64,000 nt of DNA from Eledone cirrhosa (GCA_964016885.1 OZ024742.1:61380001-61444000), one strand, 5' to 3'. Counted from the stretch's first letter, positions 1-13,265 are shown. Notes: generated from the sequence alone by a model not told the origin. Numbers and translations: made by a program.

Positions 1-136
1 CATACTATTTCATTATAATCCCATTATAACTGTTAAAGGATTGTAAATAAAACGAGTAAATCAGATAAAGTTGGAATTCCTCTTATTAATATAATCTTCT
101 ATACACAATCATACACACCCGTGTATATTTATCTAT

Positions 137-955
<819 letters not shown>

Positions 956-1267
956 TAAAAATTTAGCCTGAACATAGCTGTATACATATATGTATGGGAA
1001 TTTCGTATATCTAAAGATATACGGTTTGTTTAATATATAAACATTTGAAAGCCAAGCTATGAATATTACAAGGCTGACTGCTAGCACTGTCTAGCGGTTC
1101 CCAGCAGATGCAGCGAGGAGTAACTACCTAAGCCTATTCAATTGAAAAGCATAGGACGGCAAATCTCTTCACTGACTTACGAAATAGTTCTACCTGTAAG
1201 CTGCCGGATACGTGATAGTTGTCATAGTAGGTGTGTTCAGCAATGTAGAGTGATTTTTATTTTTAAA

Positions 1268-1660
1268 TATGGCAAAGCCGGCCATTGATCGCTCGTATAC
1301 AGGAAACTGACTGGCCAGTCTGCTGATATGCAAATCTGGCTGATCAGTGGATCTTCTAATATGCAGATCTGACTGATCAACCAGTCTGCTAATATGCAAA
1401 TCAGGCAGATCAGTCACTGTTTATTTTAGAAAAAATATTTTTTCACTAGCTCTGACAGTTAGCAGGTTAACAGTGAACTGTTATGATGAAGGGTAATGCC
1501 CAGAAATATTAGTGTCTGCAGTTCTGTTTACATGCCAACACAAGAGCAAGAATGAGGGGCTCATTCTACTGACATGGCTTTAAAAAAAGAGGCTTGTTTA
1601 CATAATTGCAAAAGAATCGAATATTATCATTAATATTCGAAAATCTCAGATTACATTTAT
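1268..1660 (+). mobile_element. ~390-bp non-coding repeat with three ~34-bp ATATGCA(A/G)AT (octamer-like) subrepeats and a degenerate HHR-like core
   Basis: Diverged inverted copy at 5955-6337 with the same outer boundary (TATGGCAAA...TTTGCCATA). ATGATGA-AGGG taatg CCC-AGAAA at 1483-1506. Confidence 0.75.
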
Positions 1661-1799
1661 ATATATATATATAAAGATTAAGTAGCACCAAAGAGTCAAT
1701 ATGCTATTAAACTAACACATGCTTGAACCCCATTGCATCGAGCTTGAAACCCTCTGGTAAAGTTTATATCGAATATATATATCAGCAACACTGATATTA

Positions 1800-1900
<101 letters not shown>

Positions 1901-2087
1901 GATAAATACACCAATTAATGATATGGTCCAAGCCTTATGAAGAACTCAATGTAATCCGTATGTCGAAGATGTCGTGAAGCAAAGTTTAAAATACAAAATT
2001 TCAACGATATAATTCATTGGAAGCAGAGTCAAAATAATACAAATAGTGAAAACAATGAAATTAAACAAAATACGGGTAATTCATTAT

Positions 2088-2236
2088 AAAACTCATTATT
2101 TTACGATCGTTTCTGGGGGATAGTTCTCCGTATGTTCATTCTATTAGTGATCTATGTAAAATATATTACAAATTATCAAAGTAATAAAATATACATACGT
2201 CTTCCCTACCCGCCGTCTTCAGAAATAATGAGTTTT
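2088..2236 (-). ncRNA. Type I hammerhead ribozyme with long stem II insertion
   Basis: Minus strand: AAAACTCATTATTT-CTGAAGA-(~100 nt)-GAAA-CGATCG-TA|AAATAATGAGTTTT. Perfect 14-bp stem I, palindromic stem III ACGATCGT, GUA cleavage triplet. Confidence 0.85.
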
Positions 2237-2999
2237 GTTTATTGAAGAATATAAAAACATGTATGAATAAGTAACCTTTTAAGAATAAGGCTGAGATTGA
2301 CCAATAGAAAAATAGGCAGGAGCAATATAGATCATTAAGCTGGTAGATGAATAAATTAGCAGTCAGGGGATGAGGTATCGAATGGCCTTTAAGAAAAGAA
2401 AGTTGCGAGTGTAAAGGAATTTAGACAGATTGTATAGAAATTTCAGAAAAGTGTGGACGGTCAAGGAAGATTAAAGTTGGAGGAAAAGGGGTGCAGATAT
2501 CAGTGTGTTATATCTAGTAGAATATTATAGAACAATCCTAAATATTTGTTATTTCTTTGTTCAAGAGGAATTATTTGTTCTAAAAATAGAACAAGTAGAG
2601 GAATATAGATGGAACCAAAGAAAAGTAAAAATTAAATTAAAAAAATATATAAGTAAGAAAATAATAAAATTTGTGTAAGTATTGTATTGTGTTAGAGTGG
2701 TCAGAATGAAGTTTTACTTGTAGGGAATTTTATTTTCGAATAAGAAATCTCATTAATAATCTGGTTTTCTTAATAGGTTTAAATGTATGTCTGTTAAAGT
2801 TTTGTTAAAGTGTTGAATATAATGTAATATATAGTGCTCATTAATAGTTAATTATTTAAACCAGTTATAGGGAAGAAATATAGGATTGAATCTATGGATT
2901 AATTCTAATAGCAAAAAAATATATACACACACATATATACAATATATATTTTTTTTTTCTTTTATATTTTTTCTTTATTTGTTTAGTTGTATTTATAAT

Positions 3000-3375
3000 A
3001 CTTGAATATCTTTCTAATTCTATGGTTACATGCGATAAATAATTCTTATCTTTTATTTAATAGAATGTCTTTCGATTTCGTAATTTCAAAAATTATTGGG
3101 AACATAGTCCACACTCCTTGCTATTGCTCTAAGAAATGGCTCTTTTGAGAATCTTCCAAGTTAGGTTATAATTGATTTTAACTGCTTCCGCTAAAGAAGT
3201 GGTATTAGCCAATCTTGTGTTTCGAAAACTGTGGGTGTGTGCATAAAATCTCGATTTAAACGGATTAGATGTGGATCCAATATAGGATTGATTAGAGTCC
3301 TTAGTGGTAATTATACATTTATACACTATATTATTAATTAAGCAATTTCCATTTAAGGGGCAATTACTTTTTACT
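3000..3375 (-). pseudogene. GIY-YIG endonuclease of the PLE (disrupted)
   Basis: CPLNGNCL..IVYKCIITTKDSNQSYIGSTSNPFKSRFYAHTHSF..LTWKILKRA. Confidence 0.88.
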
Positions 3376-4557
3376 CTACAATTACAACCGTTTGTACATA
3401 GGGTTTCAGATGTGCTTGCTATATCCCCAATAACAGTGCTAGTATTTATATTTACATTTTTATATGAGAGAGAAGGGTTTGCGGTTGGGTGGCCATGGCT
3501 CGAAGGGATGTTAGTTGGTGAAATTATAGGGTATATAGTGGATATAGAATCATGGTTGTTTTGGAAGTTATTGGTTAGATTGGGTATGTAATTCTTATTT
3601 CCTATTAAGGATGAGGAAGATGGTAGTTGGTTGTAGACTGATGTATTGTGTTGGTGAGATGAGTGAGTGGATGTAACTGGTGGATAGGTAATAATATTCT
3701 AGTTATGCGTTGTAGTATTATTATAGTTACGTTGTATGTGGTGTGCTAGAGGTATACATGGAGCCTTTTTTACATTTATAGATGTTATATGCACTTATTT
3801 TTTGTTGTATATTGCACGATGTGGAGTAAGAAAATTTTACTGTGTATCTGTTTAAGATTTGACGGTATTTGTGGTTAGGTGGGAAATGTTTATGGAGAAT
3901 TGCAAAACGTTTTTTAGGGATTTGGCCCATAGTTTGCAAGTTAAATGGAGCATTATACCATGTTACGTTTCTTTTATGGTTTCTAATTGGTTTCCTATTG
4001 TTATATTGGGTATGTATAGAAGTTTGAGGGTATATTTTGTTATCAGATGATACTATAATATTGTGATTGTTATTAGGGGTGTGAACAAATTGTTTAGTAG
4101 ATTTTTGAATTGTATTAGTTTTTTATTTTTTGTTTTTTGCTTGATTTATAGATGATATTGGGAGTTTTATTAATGGAGCCTTATTGATTGGACCTGGTAT
4201 TTTGGTATTATTCTTGTATTTATAGCAGTTCGAATATGTTTCTCTAGTTTATTGGATTGTAAAGATGTGGTTTGGTTAGGTTGAAGGTTCAATGAAATAG
4301 GTAATATATCATTAGGTTTATTGTGAGAATGAAGATATAAGATGTTATTATTAACTGCTTTTTTAAGATTAACGGAGTTAGGTGTTTTCGTATGGTTTGT
4401 AATAATATTATTAGGTAGGTTATAGAAGTATTCAGAATCGTTAGGATTAATGATTTTTAGAAAGTTTGTGACATTCATATTAATGCGGGTACTAGGAGTA
4501 ATGATAGGATCTAGGTTTTTCGGTGCTTTATTGCTGGCATTAAATTTTAGACCAGAG

Positions 4558-4805
4558 GGCGGTGGATTGGTAGTATCGGTAGAGGGTCGGACGCCATGCT
4601 TTCCAGCATAGTTACGTCCCTTTACGATCTGAGTTCAAATCCCTCCGAGGTTGACTTTGCCTTTCATCCTTACGGGGTCGATAAAATAAAGTACCAGTAA
4701 GGCACTGGGTAATTGCTGGCCTTGTGCCTAAAGTAGAAACAATTACATTTTAGACCAGTAATACACTGGGTAATTGCTGGCCTTGTGCCTAACGTAGAAA
4801 CAATT
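4558..4805 (+). mobile_element. tRNA-derived SINE (family A) plus a second 3'-tail copy, inserted in the PLE
   Basis: A box TGGTAGTATCGG, B box GAGTTCAAATCC, body TTTGCCTTTCATCCTTACGGGGTCGATAAAATAAAGTACCAG, tail GCTGGCCTTGTGCCTAAAGTAGAAACAAT; ATTTTAGACCAG duplicated on both sides. Confidence 0.9.
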
Positions 4806-5527
4806 ACATTTTAGGTGTTTCCTTTGGTGTTTGTTGTTTATGTTTGGTTGTATGTTGGAGGTATTTATGGTGTTAGGTATGTAAAATATTTTATCCTTGT
4901 AGCCACTTCTAGCTAAATCCTCATTGTAATAAAGTACATTTTTATTGAATATTTCTTCATTAGATGATAATTTAGAAAATCTGAGTGAGATATTGTACAC
5001 TAGATTTTTTAGTATGGAACCAGGGTGGTTAGATTGTGAGTGTATATAATGCAGGTTTTGGTTTAGTTTATGGTAGGGTTTGTAAATGCCTGTTGATATA
5101 TCCAGAGTGATGTCGAGGAAATTGAACACTTTAGTGCTATTTTCAAAAGTAATGGTAAGATTATAGTAATCTTTGAGGAATTTCCTAATTTGTTTTTTTA
5201 TTTCTCTCAATTGCTGAGAGACTAAGATTGTTAGATAGAAGAAGACAGTCATCGCGATATAGAGTACCTTTGAGGTGGGGAAAAGAGGAATTTAAATTAT
5301 ATAGGAGAAAGAGGCCCACAAGGTTTTACTATGAATTACCCGTATTGTGTTTAATTTCATTGTTTTCACTATTTTTGTTACATATATATATATATATATA
5401 TCTATAATAATAATAAGGATACTATTTATAGTTATGTATATACTATAAACAACTATAAACATCAGGTGTTTTACAGAGCAGAAATATAAATTACACAATT
5501 ATCAAAGTTATGTTCACATCATTTAAT

Positions 5528-5574
5528 TGCTGATAATCGTTTCTTCCAAACTTTCGTTTGGAGTCATCGGAGCA
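5528..5574 (-). ncRNA. Type I hammerhead ribozyme (CCGAUGA core)
   Basis: Minus strand: TGCT-CCGATGA-C-TCCAAAC gaaa GTTTGGA-A-GAAA-CGATTA-TC|AGCA. Confidence 0.75.
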
Positions 5575-5581
5575 TTGATAA

Positions 5582-5628
5582 TGCTCCGATGGCCCCAAAG
5601 GAAAGTTTGGAAGAAACGATTGTCAGCA
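5582..5628 (+). ncRNA. Type I hammerhead ribozyme, mutated core (CCGAUGG)
   Basis: TGCT-CCGATGG-CCCCAAAG gaaa GTTTGGAA-GAAA-CGATTG-TC|AGCA. Confidence 0.6.
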
Positions 5629-5954
5629 ATTAAATAATTTGAACATAACTTTGATAATTGTGTAATTTATATATATATATATATATATTACAATTGTAAT
5701 ACAAAGCCTTTTATAAGTTGAAACTGACATCTTTATCTTTTTAGCCGATTTAACTTATATGGCAACCCCACGCCTCAGAAAATGAGATATTGGCTTAAGT
5801 TGTTAATACTTCTCTGAGTGAATAATTAATTTTTTGATGTATTAATATATCTTATCCTTTCATTGAGATACTTACATGTTACAGACGGTTAATATTATAG
5901 TTATAAATATATATATAACTAACACATAGTTTTAATCGCTCTATATGTCTGAAA

Positions 5955-6337
5955 TGCAAATCTGAGTTTTTCGAATATTAATAATAATATTCGATTCGTT
6001 TGCAATTATGCAAACAGCCTCTTAAGCCATATCAGTAGATTGACCCCGTCATTCTTGCTCTTGTGATAGCATATAAAAAAAACGGGAAACACTAATATTT
6101 CTGCATTATTACCATTCATCAGTACCGTATACTGTTTACCTGATAACGGTCAAAGCTAGTGAAAATATATTTTTTCTGGAATATACAGAGACTGATCAGC
6201 CTGATTTGCATATTAGCAGATTGACTGATCAACCAGATCTGCATATTAGCAGACCTACTGATCAACAAGCTTCGCATATCAGCAATTAGGCCAGTCAGCT
6301 TTATGTATATGAGAGATTAATGACCGGTTTTGCCATA
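5955..6337 (-). mobile_element. Inverted copy of the 1268-1660 octamer/HHR-like repeat
   Basis: Reverse complement aligns along its whole length; minus-strand CTGATGA-ATGG taataa TGC-AGAAA at 6090-6122. Confidence 0.75.
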
Positions 6338-6585
6338 GTGATCACTGCGGACAAGATCATACCATCCTCAACCAGCGTCCAATAAGGCAATTCATTGGGA
6401 CCGCTCCTCGTTGTGCTCAGGCTGTACAGCGTTGTACGGAACATCATCGCTGCTCTCTAGTACTTGGATGATGTGACGATAGGAGGGCCTACAGAGAGCG
6501 TCTGTCAGGATCTCCAATCAGTGGTTCCCGCTCTGTCGAGTTTCGGCCTTGATATCAACTCGTCTAAGTTGGACGTTATCGTTAC
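6338..6585 (+). pseudogene. Non-LTR retrotransposon RT fragment (CRE-like motifs)
   Basis: Translates as SSTSVQ*GNSLGPLL and YLDDVTIGGPTESVCQDL...FGLDINSSK, matching the QGDPLGPLLF / YLDDxTxGG pattern. Confidence 0.7.
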
Positions 6586-7395
6586 AGCAGTGCGGTATTC
6601 TTCCAGCTTTCTGCACTTTTAATTGAAATCCCACCGTGGTTGACTCTGCCTTTCATTCTTTTGAGGTCGATATATATATATATATAAAGTACAATTGCAA
6701 TACGATGACCTATTCTTCCTTTACCCCCCCCCCCCCCGCCCTCCTATCTTTCTCACTCTGTGGAAGGAATCGGCTGTGTTCCATTCTGGATAGAGATGCA
6801 CTTTGTAAAGTGTAAGTGTTAAAGACGGCGCTGTTACTACTCCATCAGGAGTTAATGTCGCATAGCATAGCCTAGGATAGGATATTTCAACTAATATGCT
6901 GTCGATTGTGTTAGGCCTATATACGAAAAATATTGATGAAATATTTCTAAAACAATGTCGAGGAGAATTGTTATTTATCCCAATGGTAAAAAAAATATCA
7001 TTCGTAATAATATAAACATTGTTTTTACTTTCTATTAATTTTCAGACGCAGCTATAGCGGTCATTGACGTTGTAGTTTTTGTTTTACGACAAAAATTACA
7101 TATAATTAGAAATTCCACACATCTGAGACAAATGTGTAGCAAGAACTATATAGTTGACAATATTACTTTGATCTTAACCAAATGGTTAGGAAAGAGATTA
7201 ACTTGGGAAATAAGTCAGAATAGAAATATGAATTAATAACTAAGGAAACACACTCACCCATATGCACACACATATATTCATGTGTGTGAATGCGAGAGTT
7301 TGTATATTGCTTACAAACGAATCGAATATTATCATTATTTGATATACAATTCACGAATGCATATATATATGTGTGCATGTATATATATAGAGATA

Positions 7396-7458
<63 letters not shown>

Positions 7459-7503
7459 ACGTTTATATATATATATATATGTGTGTGTATGTGTGTGTAC
7501 GTT

Positions 7504-7551
<48 letters not shown>

Positions 7552-7639
7552 TACATACGTCCACACTACGTACACACACACACATATATAATATATATGC
7601 ATATATATCGACAGTCTTTCCAATTGCTAATTCTATCTA

Positions 7640-7755
7640 TTGGTCGCAACGTGAAATAAAATGTCTTGCTCAAGAACATAACTCATTGCCCGGTCCGGCA
7701 ATCGACCTAACAACATTATGATTGCGAATCCAATTCTCTAACGACCCAGCCACGC
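7640..7755 (-). mobile_element. tRNA-head/CORE-type SINE fragment (family B)
   Basis: Reverse complement resembles 32065-32170 (GTGGC..., GGTCGATTGCC, GTTCTTGAGCAAGACA). Confidence 0.65.
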
Positions 7756-7805
7756 TTAAGGGTGAAAGCAGCGATTCTTTGCTTAAACTTGAATCTTTTA
7801 TTTTA

Positions 7806-7847
<42 letters not shown>

Positions 7848-7852
7848 GTATG

Positions 7853-7995
<143 letters not shown>

Positions 7996-8099
7996 GTATG
8001 TATATGTATGTATATATATATATGTGTGTGTGTCTGTATGTATGTGGGTGGGTGTGTGTGTAGATACTTATCTATATATATATAGAATGCTTGACTGAG

Positions 8100-11000
8100 A
8101 GAGAAAAAACATTGACAAAAATAACATCAACAACATGAACAATAACAACACACACACACACAAAATCAAACAAAACACCACACACAACAACCGAAGCAAA
8201 CACAAAACTCATACTATACTTCCCACCACAATCCACATCCTAACAACAACAGACACTCAGACAGGTTAGAAACTGACAGTGATACAGAGTTAAGGGACAA
8301 TAATAACAATGAGCGAGGTAGAGTAAACAATGACATATACAGGGGAGATAACCAGTAGGAACAGACAGGCATACAAAATATTTTAGTGACACAGAGGGAA
8401 GGGACAGGAGAAACAATGAGAAACATAGAAGCAAACATGAAGCTGTTGGCGTAAGTAGAGACAACACAATTGATAATAACAACATAATAAACAATACAAT
8501 CTGGAATTCTACCTTCTATGAACCATCTGATAAGTCCTTCGACATACGACGCCTTTACCCTACGACGCTCTCGATTAACAAATAATCGTGTTTACCGTCA
8601 CAAGCTGATGACCAAACGGGGGCACAATTTACAATAGCCAGAACTAAACTTAAAAAGATTCTAGAATATACCAGGAAACAGAATAGATTAGAAGCCTATC
8701 AACTAGGGGCTAAATCGGCAAATGGATTCGTAAGCTCATGCTGCGTTCACGAAATGGAGAGATTGTATGGTTTCTAACAAACAAGTCCGACCGAATCACA
8801 GTTGACAGCCTGCCAAACTATGTCCAGGTAATACAAACGCACATCATCAATACAAGAGAGGTAACACCACAAGAGCATGAGGAAAGGAAAAAAACGCTAA
8901 ACGCTCAACGCTCATATGATGATGTGGACTAGCATAATGCAGCCTAATAAACGGACGGCCAACAATATCCAGGCCTGGAGCAACGACGTACCAACGCTAT
9001 GTATGCTTCTCAAAAACAAGGCAAATAGTAACCCAGTTACAGGACCACCAACACGGCCAGTCTGTGGAGCTAACATTGCTAACAACTACAGACTATTCTA
9101 CTTCGTCTCACTGATCATAAGCCCTATCATCGAAATGTCCCCAGATATATGCGACAGCAGGTAGGACCTCCGCTGCAGAATCAGCGAATGCAACCTGTCT
9201 AGGGATCTAACAGGCTGTACAATAGGTAACATAGAAGTATTCTCCCTATACCCATCTATCTACGTTGATTTTGCTGTGGAAAAATGCGTAAAAATGATCA
9301 GCGAGAGTGGTGTGGAATTCCGTGGATTTGATACCAGTGAGCTGGGATTCCTACTTAAACACACTCACAATAAGGAGTATTCAGACACACATAACCTCAG
9401 CAACCTCTGCCCCACGAAGCCAGAAAGCGGCAGACCAGCTACCATTACCTCAATGGCCAAGAAGATCCACACAGAAAGAGAGAGAGGGTGGACCAGAGCC
9501 ATACGGATCCCCGAAAAGACACGATGAATTAAGGAAAATGATCGCACATGCGGTGGGGGTGAATATAAAACTAACCCTTAAGGAAGATATGTTTAAGTTT
9601 AATGTCAAAACATATGCCCAAGATAAGGGGGAAGCCATTGACGTTAGCTTTTCAGGTGACATAAATAACCTCTTTAAGGTATGGTGGGACTGAAGACTTA
9701 AGAAACAATTAGACGACGATTTTATGACCCTGACTATGTACTCCCGCTACGTAGATGACATAAACTTCGTAGTGAAAACACCTCCACATGAGAACAGTGA
9801 GGAATTAGAGAACACCATGGTAAGCATCTAGCAGATAGCTAACTCCTTCCTCCAGAGTATTAAATTTACTATAGACTACCCAACTAAACACCCCAACCAT
9901 AGATTACCCGTACTAGACATATAACTCTGGTTGGAAACTATTCGTAATAGAACGCAAATCTCCCATTCGCATTATGCCAAACTTGATCCACCGAAACTCA
10001 GCTGTTTCGGATCACATAAAAATTAATATATTGATTGTGGACATAGTAGGAGTGATGAGGAACGTGTCGCGTAAGTGCAACCCTAAAGAATTAGAGAGAC
10101 ACATACAACACTACATCCACCGCATGCAGTTCTCTGGCTAGAATCAGAGAGACAAGATCAGGGTATATAAAAGAGCCAGAACCAAATGGGCAAAGATTGT
10201 AGAAGTTGATGATAATGGGGCTTGCCCTATGTATAGTAGCAAATTTTGAAACAGAATAGAAAGGATTAGAATTAAGGCAAATAAAATCAACTCATGGTAT
10301 GATAGCAATGAATATCAGAGTGTACTAGCTTACATATTTAGAAGGGCCCTAGACAAGTTCAAATTAAATATTAAGATAGTTGAAAGACCAGGTATTCCCA
10401 TAAAAATTCCTAATTAGTAAAAAAAATACCCATTTCAGAGATCCCCCTGTATTGATGCATAGTGTGCAAGCTAAGCCCGCAAAATAGCTGCAATACTAGG
10501 AATGTAGTATATAACATGTATATAAGATGTACTGAGGGACAGTGTAGGAATAAGAACATAACATACATAGGTGAAACAGCCCGTAGCATAGGAGAAAGCA
10601 TAAGTGAACACTAGCGAGCACTCCAGGATGGGAAAAACTCATCAGTATTCCACCCACAGGCCAAAATAGAACATGTGGGCACATTAGAGAACATAGGGGC
10701 AAAAATTATATCCACACACAGAAAAGATGCAACGCTCTGACAAATCACAGAGGCGAAAAACATAAACGAACTCCAACCAAAATTAAACAGAAAACATGAG
10801 TGAAATAGCAACATCATAACTAGTAATTAAGGACAAAATGAAGACATACAGACACACACAAAAACCAAACTAACAAAACAAATCAGACACATACAGATAG
10901 AACAAACAACCAACTAGTGACAAGTAAATAAACACACACTTCCGGATGTAACGCATGCTCAAACTAAGCACACAACACAGAGCACACAAAAAGAAGATAG

Positions 11001-11210
11001 TGTAGGACAGAACAACGGCGAGACAGAAAATAAAACACTATTCACTGAGGAGGTCACAGAATGTGTGACGAAAGAGCTTTGACAATATATAAACAACCAT
11101 CCGGTTATCGAACCAACTAACCAACCGGAAATGTATAATAAATTGAAGTGGAAATCAAGGTGCGTGTGTTTTTATTGGCACTATGACCCTCCCAAAGTAT
11201 AGCAATATAT
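8100..11210 (+). mobile_element. Degenerate Penelope-like element (RT + GIY-YIG + HHR tail)
   Basis: GPPTRPVCGA, SLYPSI, YSRYVDDINF (~9738-9768), RLPVLDI, CNTRNVVY..TYIGETARS (10490-10610); many stops and frameshifts; HHR at 11039. Confidence 0.88.
11039..11087 (+). ncRNA. Minimal type I hammerhead ribozyme in PLE tail
   Basis: TATTCA-CTGAGGA-G-GTCACA gaatg TGTGAC-GAAA-GAGC-TT|TGACAATA. Confidence 0.7.
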
Positions 11211-11254
11211 ATATGAATTCAATTATAGAATTCTAGTGCCTTCAATTCGTATCC

Positions 11255-12030
11255 TATAAATTTACTTCACCCTTTCATCCATACGGCGTAGATAAAATAA
11301 AGCACCAGTAATGAACTTGGGTCAATTTAATCGACTTTACCCTCCCCCAAAATTGCTGGCTTTGTGCCTAATATAAAAATCATGTTTATTATCATCAGCA
11401 GTGGTAGATTAGCAGTATCGGATGAGCGTTGGACAACATGGTTAGCGAAATAGAGTTACGGCCCTTTACGTTATGAGATTAAATCCTACCGAGATTAGCT
11501 TTACTTTTCATCCTTACGGGGTATTAAAAATAGAGCACAATTAATGCACTGCGTTCGATTTTATTAACTTTCCCAATCCCTTCAAATTGCTGGCCTTTTG
11601 CCTAAAGTAGAAACTATTATTATTATCATTATTTTGGTTTGGCAGTATCGGTAGACAACATGCTTTGCAGCACAGTGTTACGCCCCTTTCTGATCTGAGT
11701 TCAAATCCTGTCGAGGTCAACTTTGCCTTTCATCCTTACGGGGTCGATAAAATATAGTACCAGTAATACACTGGATTAATTGCTGGCCTTGTGCCAAAAG
11801 TAGAAATAATTATTATTAGCAGTAGTGGATTAGCAGTGTCGGTAGAGCGTTGGACAAAATGCTTTGTGGCATAGAGTTTTCGGCTCTGTACGTTCTGTGT
11901 TCAAATCCCGCCTTTCATCCTTACGAGATCGATAAAATAAAGTACCAGTAATGTACTGAGTCGACTTAATCAACTGTCGCCTCCCCTAAAAGTGCTGGCC
12001 TTGTGCCTAAATCAGAAACCATTATTAATA
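11255..12030 (+). mobile_element. Head-to-tail cluster of ~4 family-A SINE copies
   Basis: Repeated GCAGTATCGG / GTTCAAATCC / CTTTCATCCTTACGGG / TTGCTGGCCTTGTGCC modules separated by (ATT)n. Confidence 0.88.
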
Positions 12031-12418
12031 TTATCATCATATGTTTACTATCATGGGCGACTGACTCTTGAAGAGATGCTATTTTGAAACAAACACAGAC
12101 ATATCCACAATATTTTAAACACCACGACCAGCAACACTATCGCTACAACCAGCAGGACAACCAAGCATAAACAAACGCACACTACCACAACAAACAACCA
12201 CACAAACACCAAACTTCGTGCTAATAAGAAAGGCCAAAGAAGAACTGATGGCCCTTATAGCAAAAGCAAAGATTGAGATCAAGGGGGATTTTTGCCACCA
12301 GTACTTTCAAAGTGCCAAGTATACTTATAAAAGCAAATATGAAAATCGAACAACCCGATCTCCTAGCGCTCGGTGGGTAAGTAGGCCCACATTTTTTTCT
12401 TTTAACTAACCAGTCAAC

Positions 12419-12808
12419 ATGGATATTATAATAGTAGGATACTTAAATGTTTGTGGACTGGGTTCGTCATGGGAGCAAGGCCACTTGCTGAAGATCCTCA
12501 AGTCACTAGATATGGATAAAGCCAACTGTGACTCGCACGTAGTAGTCACCATTTTTAACGACTATGAGATGTTCGCATCTTTTAGTCGGCCTGAAATGAG
12601 AAGTGGGTTGGCAGTACTGTTTAGGAAAGGCCTAGCGACGAGGTTAGGGCTTTTCGTCGAGAGACTGGTAAGGAAATCACAGAAGTGCAGAATCCCGACC
12701 AGGTCCATACACGACAACCTTCACCTCGTGCGGTACATCATAGAGAGAGTATGCAGTACTGCTACAGTAGGGATCTGATGAATTTGGATCAATCGAAAGC
12801 TTTCAATG
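12419..12808 (+). pseudogene. Internally deleted L1/Tx1-like ORF2 (APE N-terminus fused to RT)
   Basis: GYLNVCGLG..SGLAVLFRKG joined to IPTRSIHDNLHLVRYII..LDQSKAFN. Confidence 0.75.
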
Positions 12809-12904
12809 TGTTTATAGTTATCTAAAATCCTTCCATCATAATTTTATGTAAGAACTTGTGTTAAGTTATGTTCCAAATACCACCTTTATAATGAGAAAGT
12901 TAGT

Positions 12905-13265
12905 TCGAAAAGAAGTAGTGACAGTTCTAGGTCAGCATTCTTCACCCTATGAGATGACATCTGGTGCAACACAGGGATCTGTTCTTGGCCCCCTTTTGTT
13001 TGTGGCATATATCAATGACATAGATGCCAACTTGAAGAATGCCACAGTACTGAAATATGCAGATGACATCAAGCTGTACCTTGAGATAAAAAGGACAGAT
13101 CCTGAACACTATAGATCTTTCCTGCAATCAGAGCTGGACACAATGCAGCAATAGATTATGGACTGGCAACTCAAGCTGGCTGTGGACAAATGTACCACCA
13201 TGCATTTTGGGAAGAAAACATCCAGCGTTCTCATTCTCCCTCCACAACACTAATCTCGAGAAGTC
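12905..13265 (+). pseudogene. CR1/jockey-group LINE RT fragment
   Basis: TSGATQGSVLGPLLFVAYINDI..KYADDIKLY..WQLKLAVDKCTTMHFG; internal stop at 13152. Confidence 0.88.

Larger units (their letters stand above)
2030..5385 (-). mobile_element. 5'-truncated, degenerate Penelope-like element (RT C-terminus + GIY-YIG + HHR tail)
   Basis: Minus-strand GTLYRDDCL (~5240-5268), FNFLDITLD, YKPYHK, YIHSQSNHP, KHFPPNHKY and GIY-YIG remnant; HHR at 2088-2236; 5323-5381 is an inverted copy of the 3' tail at 2035-2092. Confidence 0.9.
5484..5672. repeat. ~190-bp imperfect palindrome made of two back-to-back HHR-bearing arms
   Basis: Arms of ~92 bp centred near 5578 (GGAGCATT gat AATGCTCC). Confidence 0.92.

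Noticed and set aside
4558-4650. tRNA gene (A and B boxes)
   Set aside because: It is the head of a multi-copy SINE and no cloverleaf is evident.
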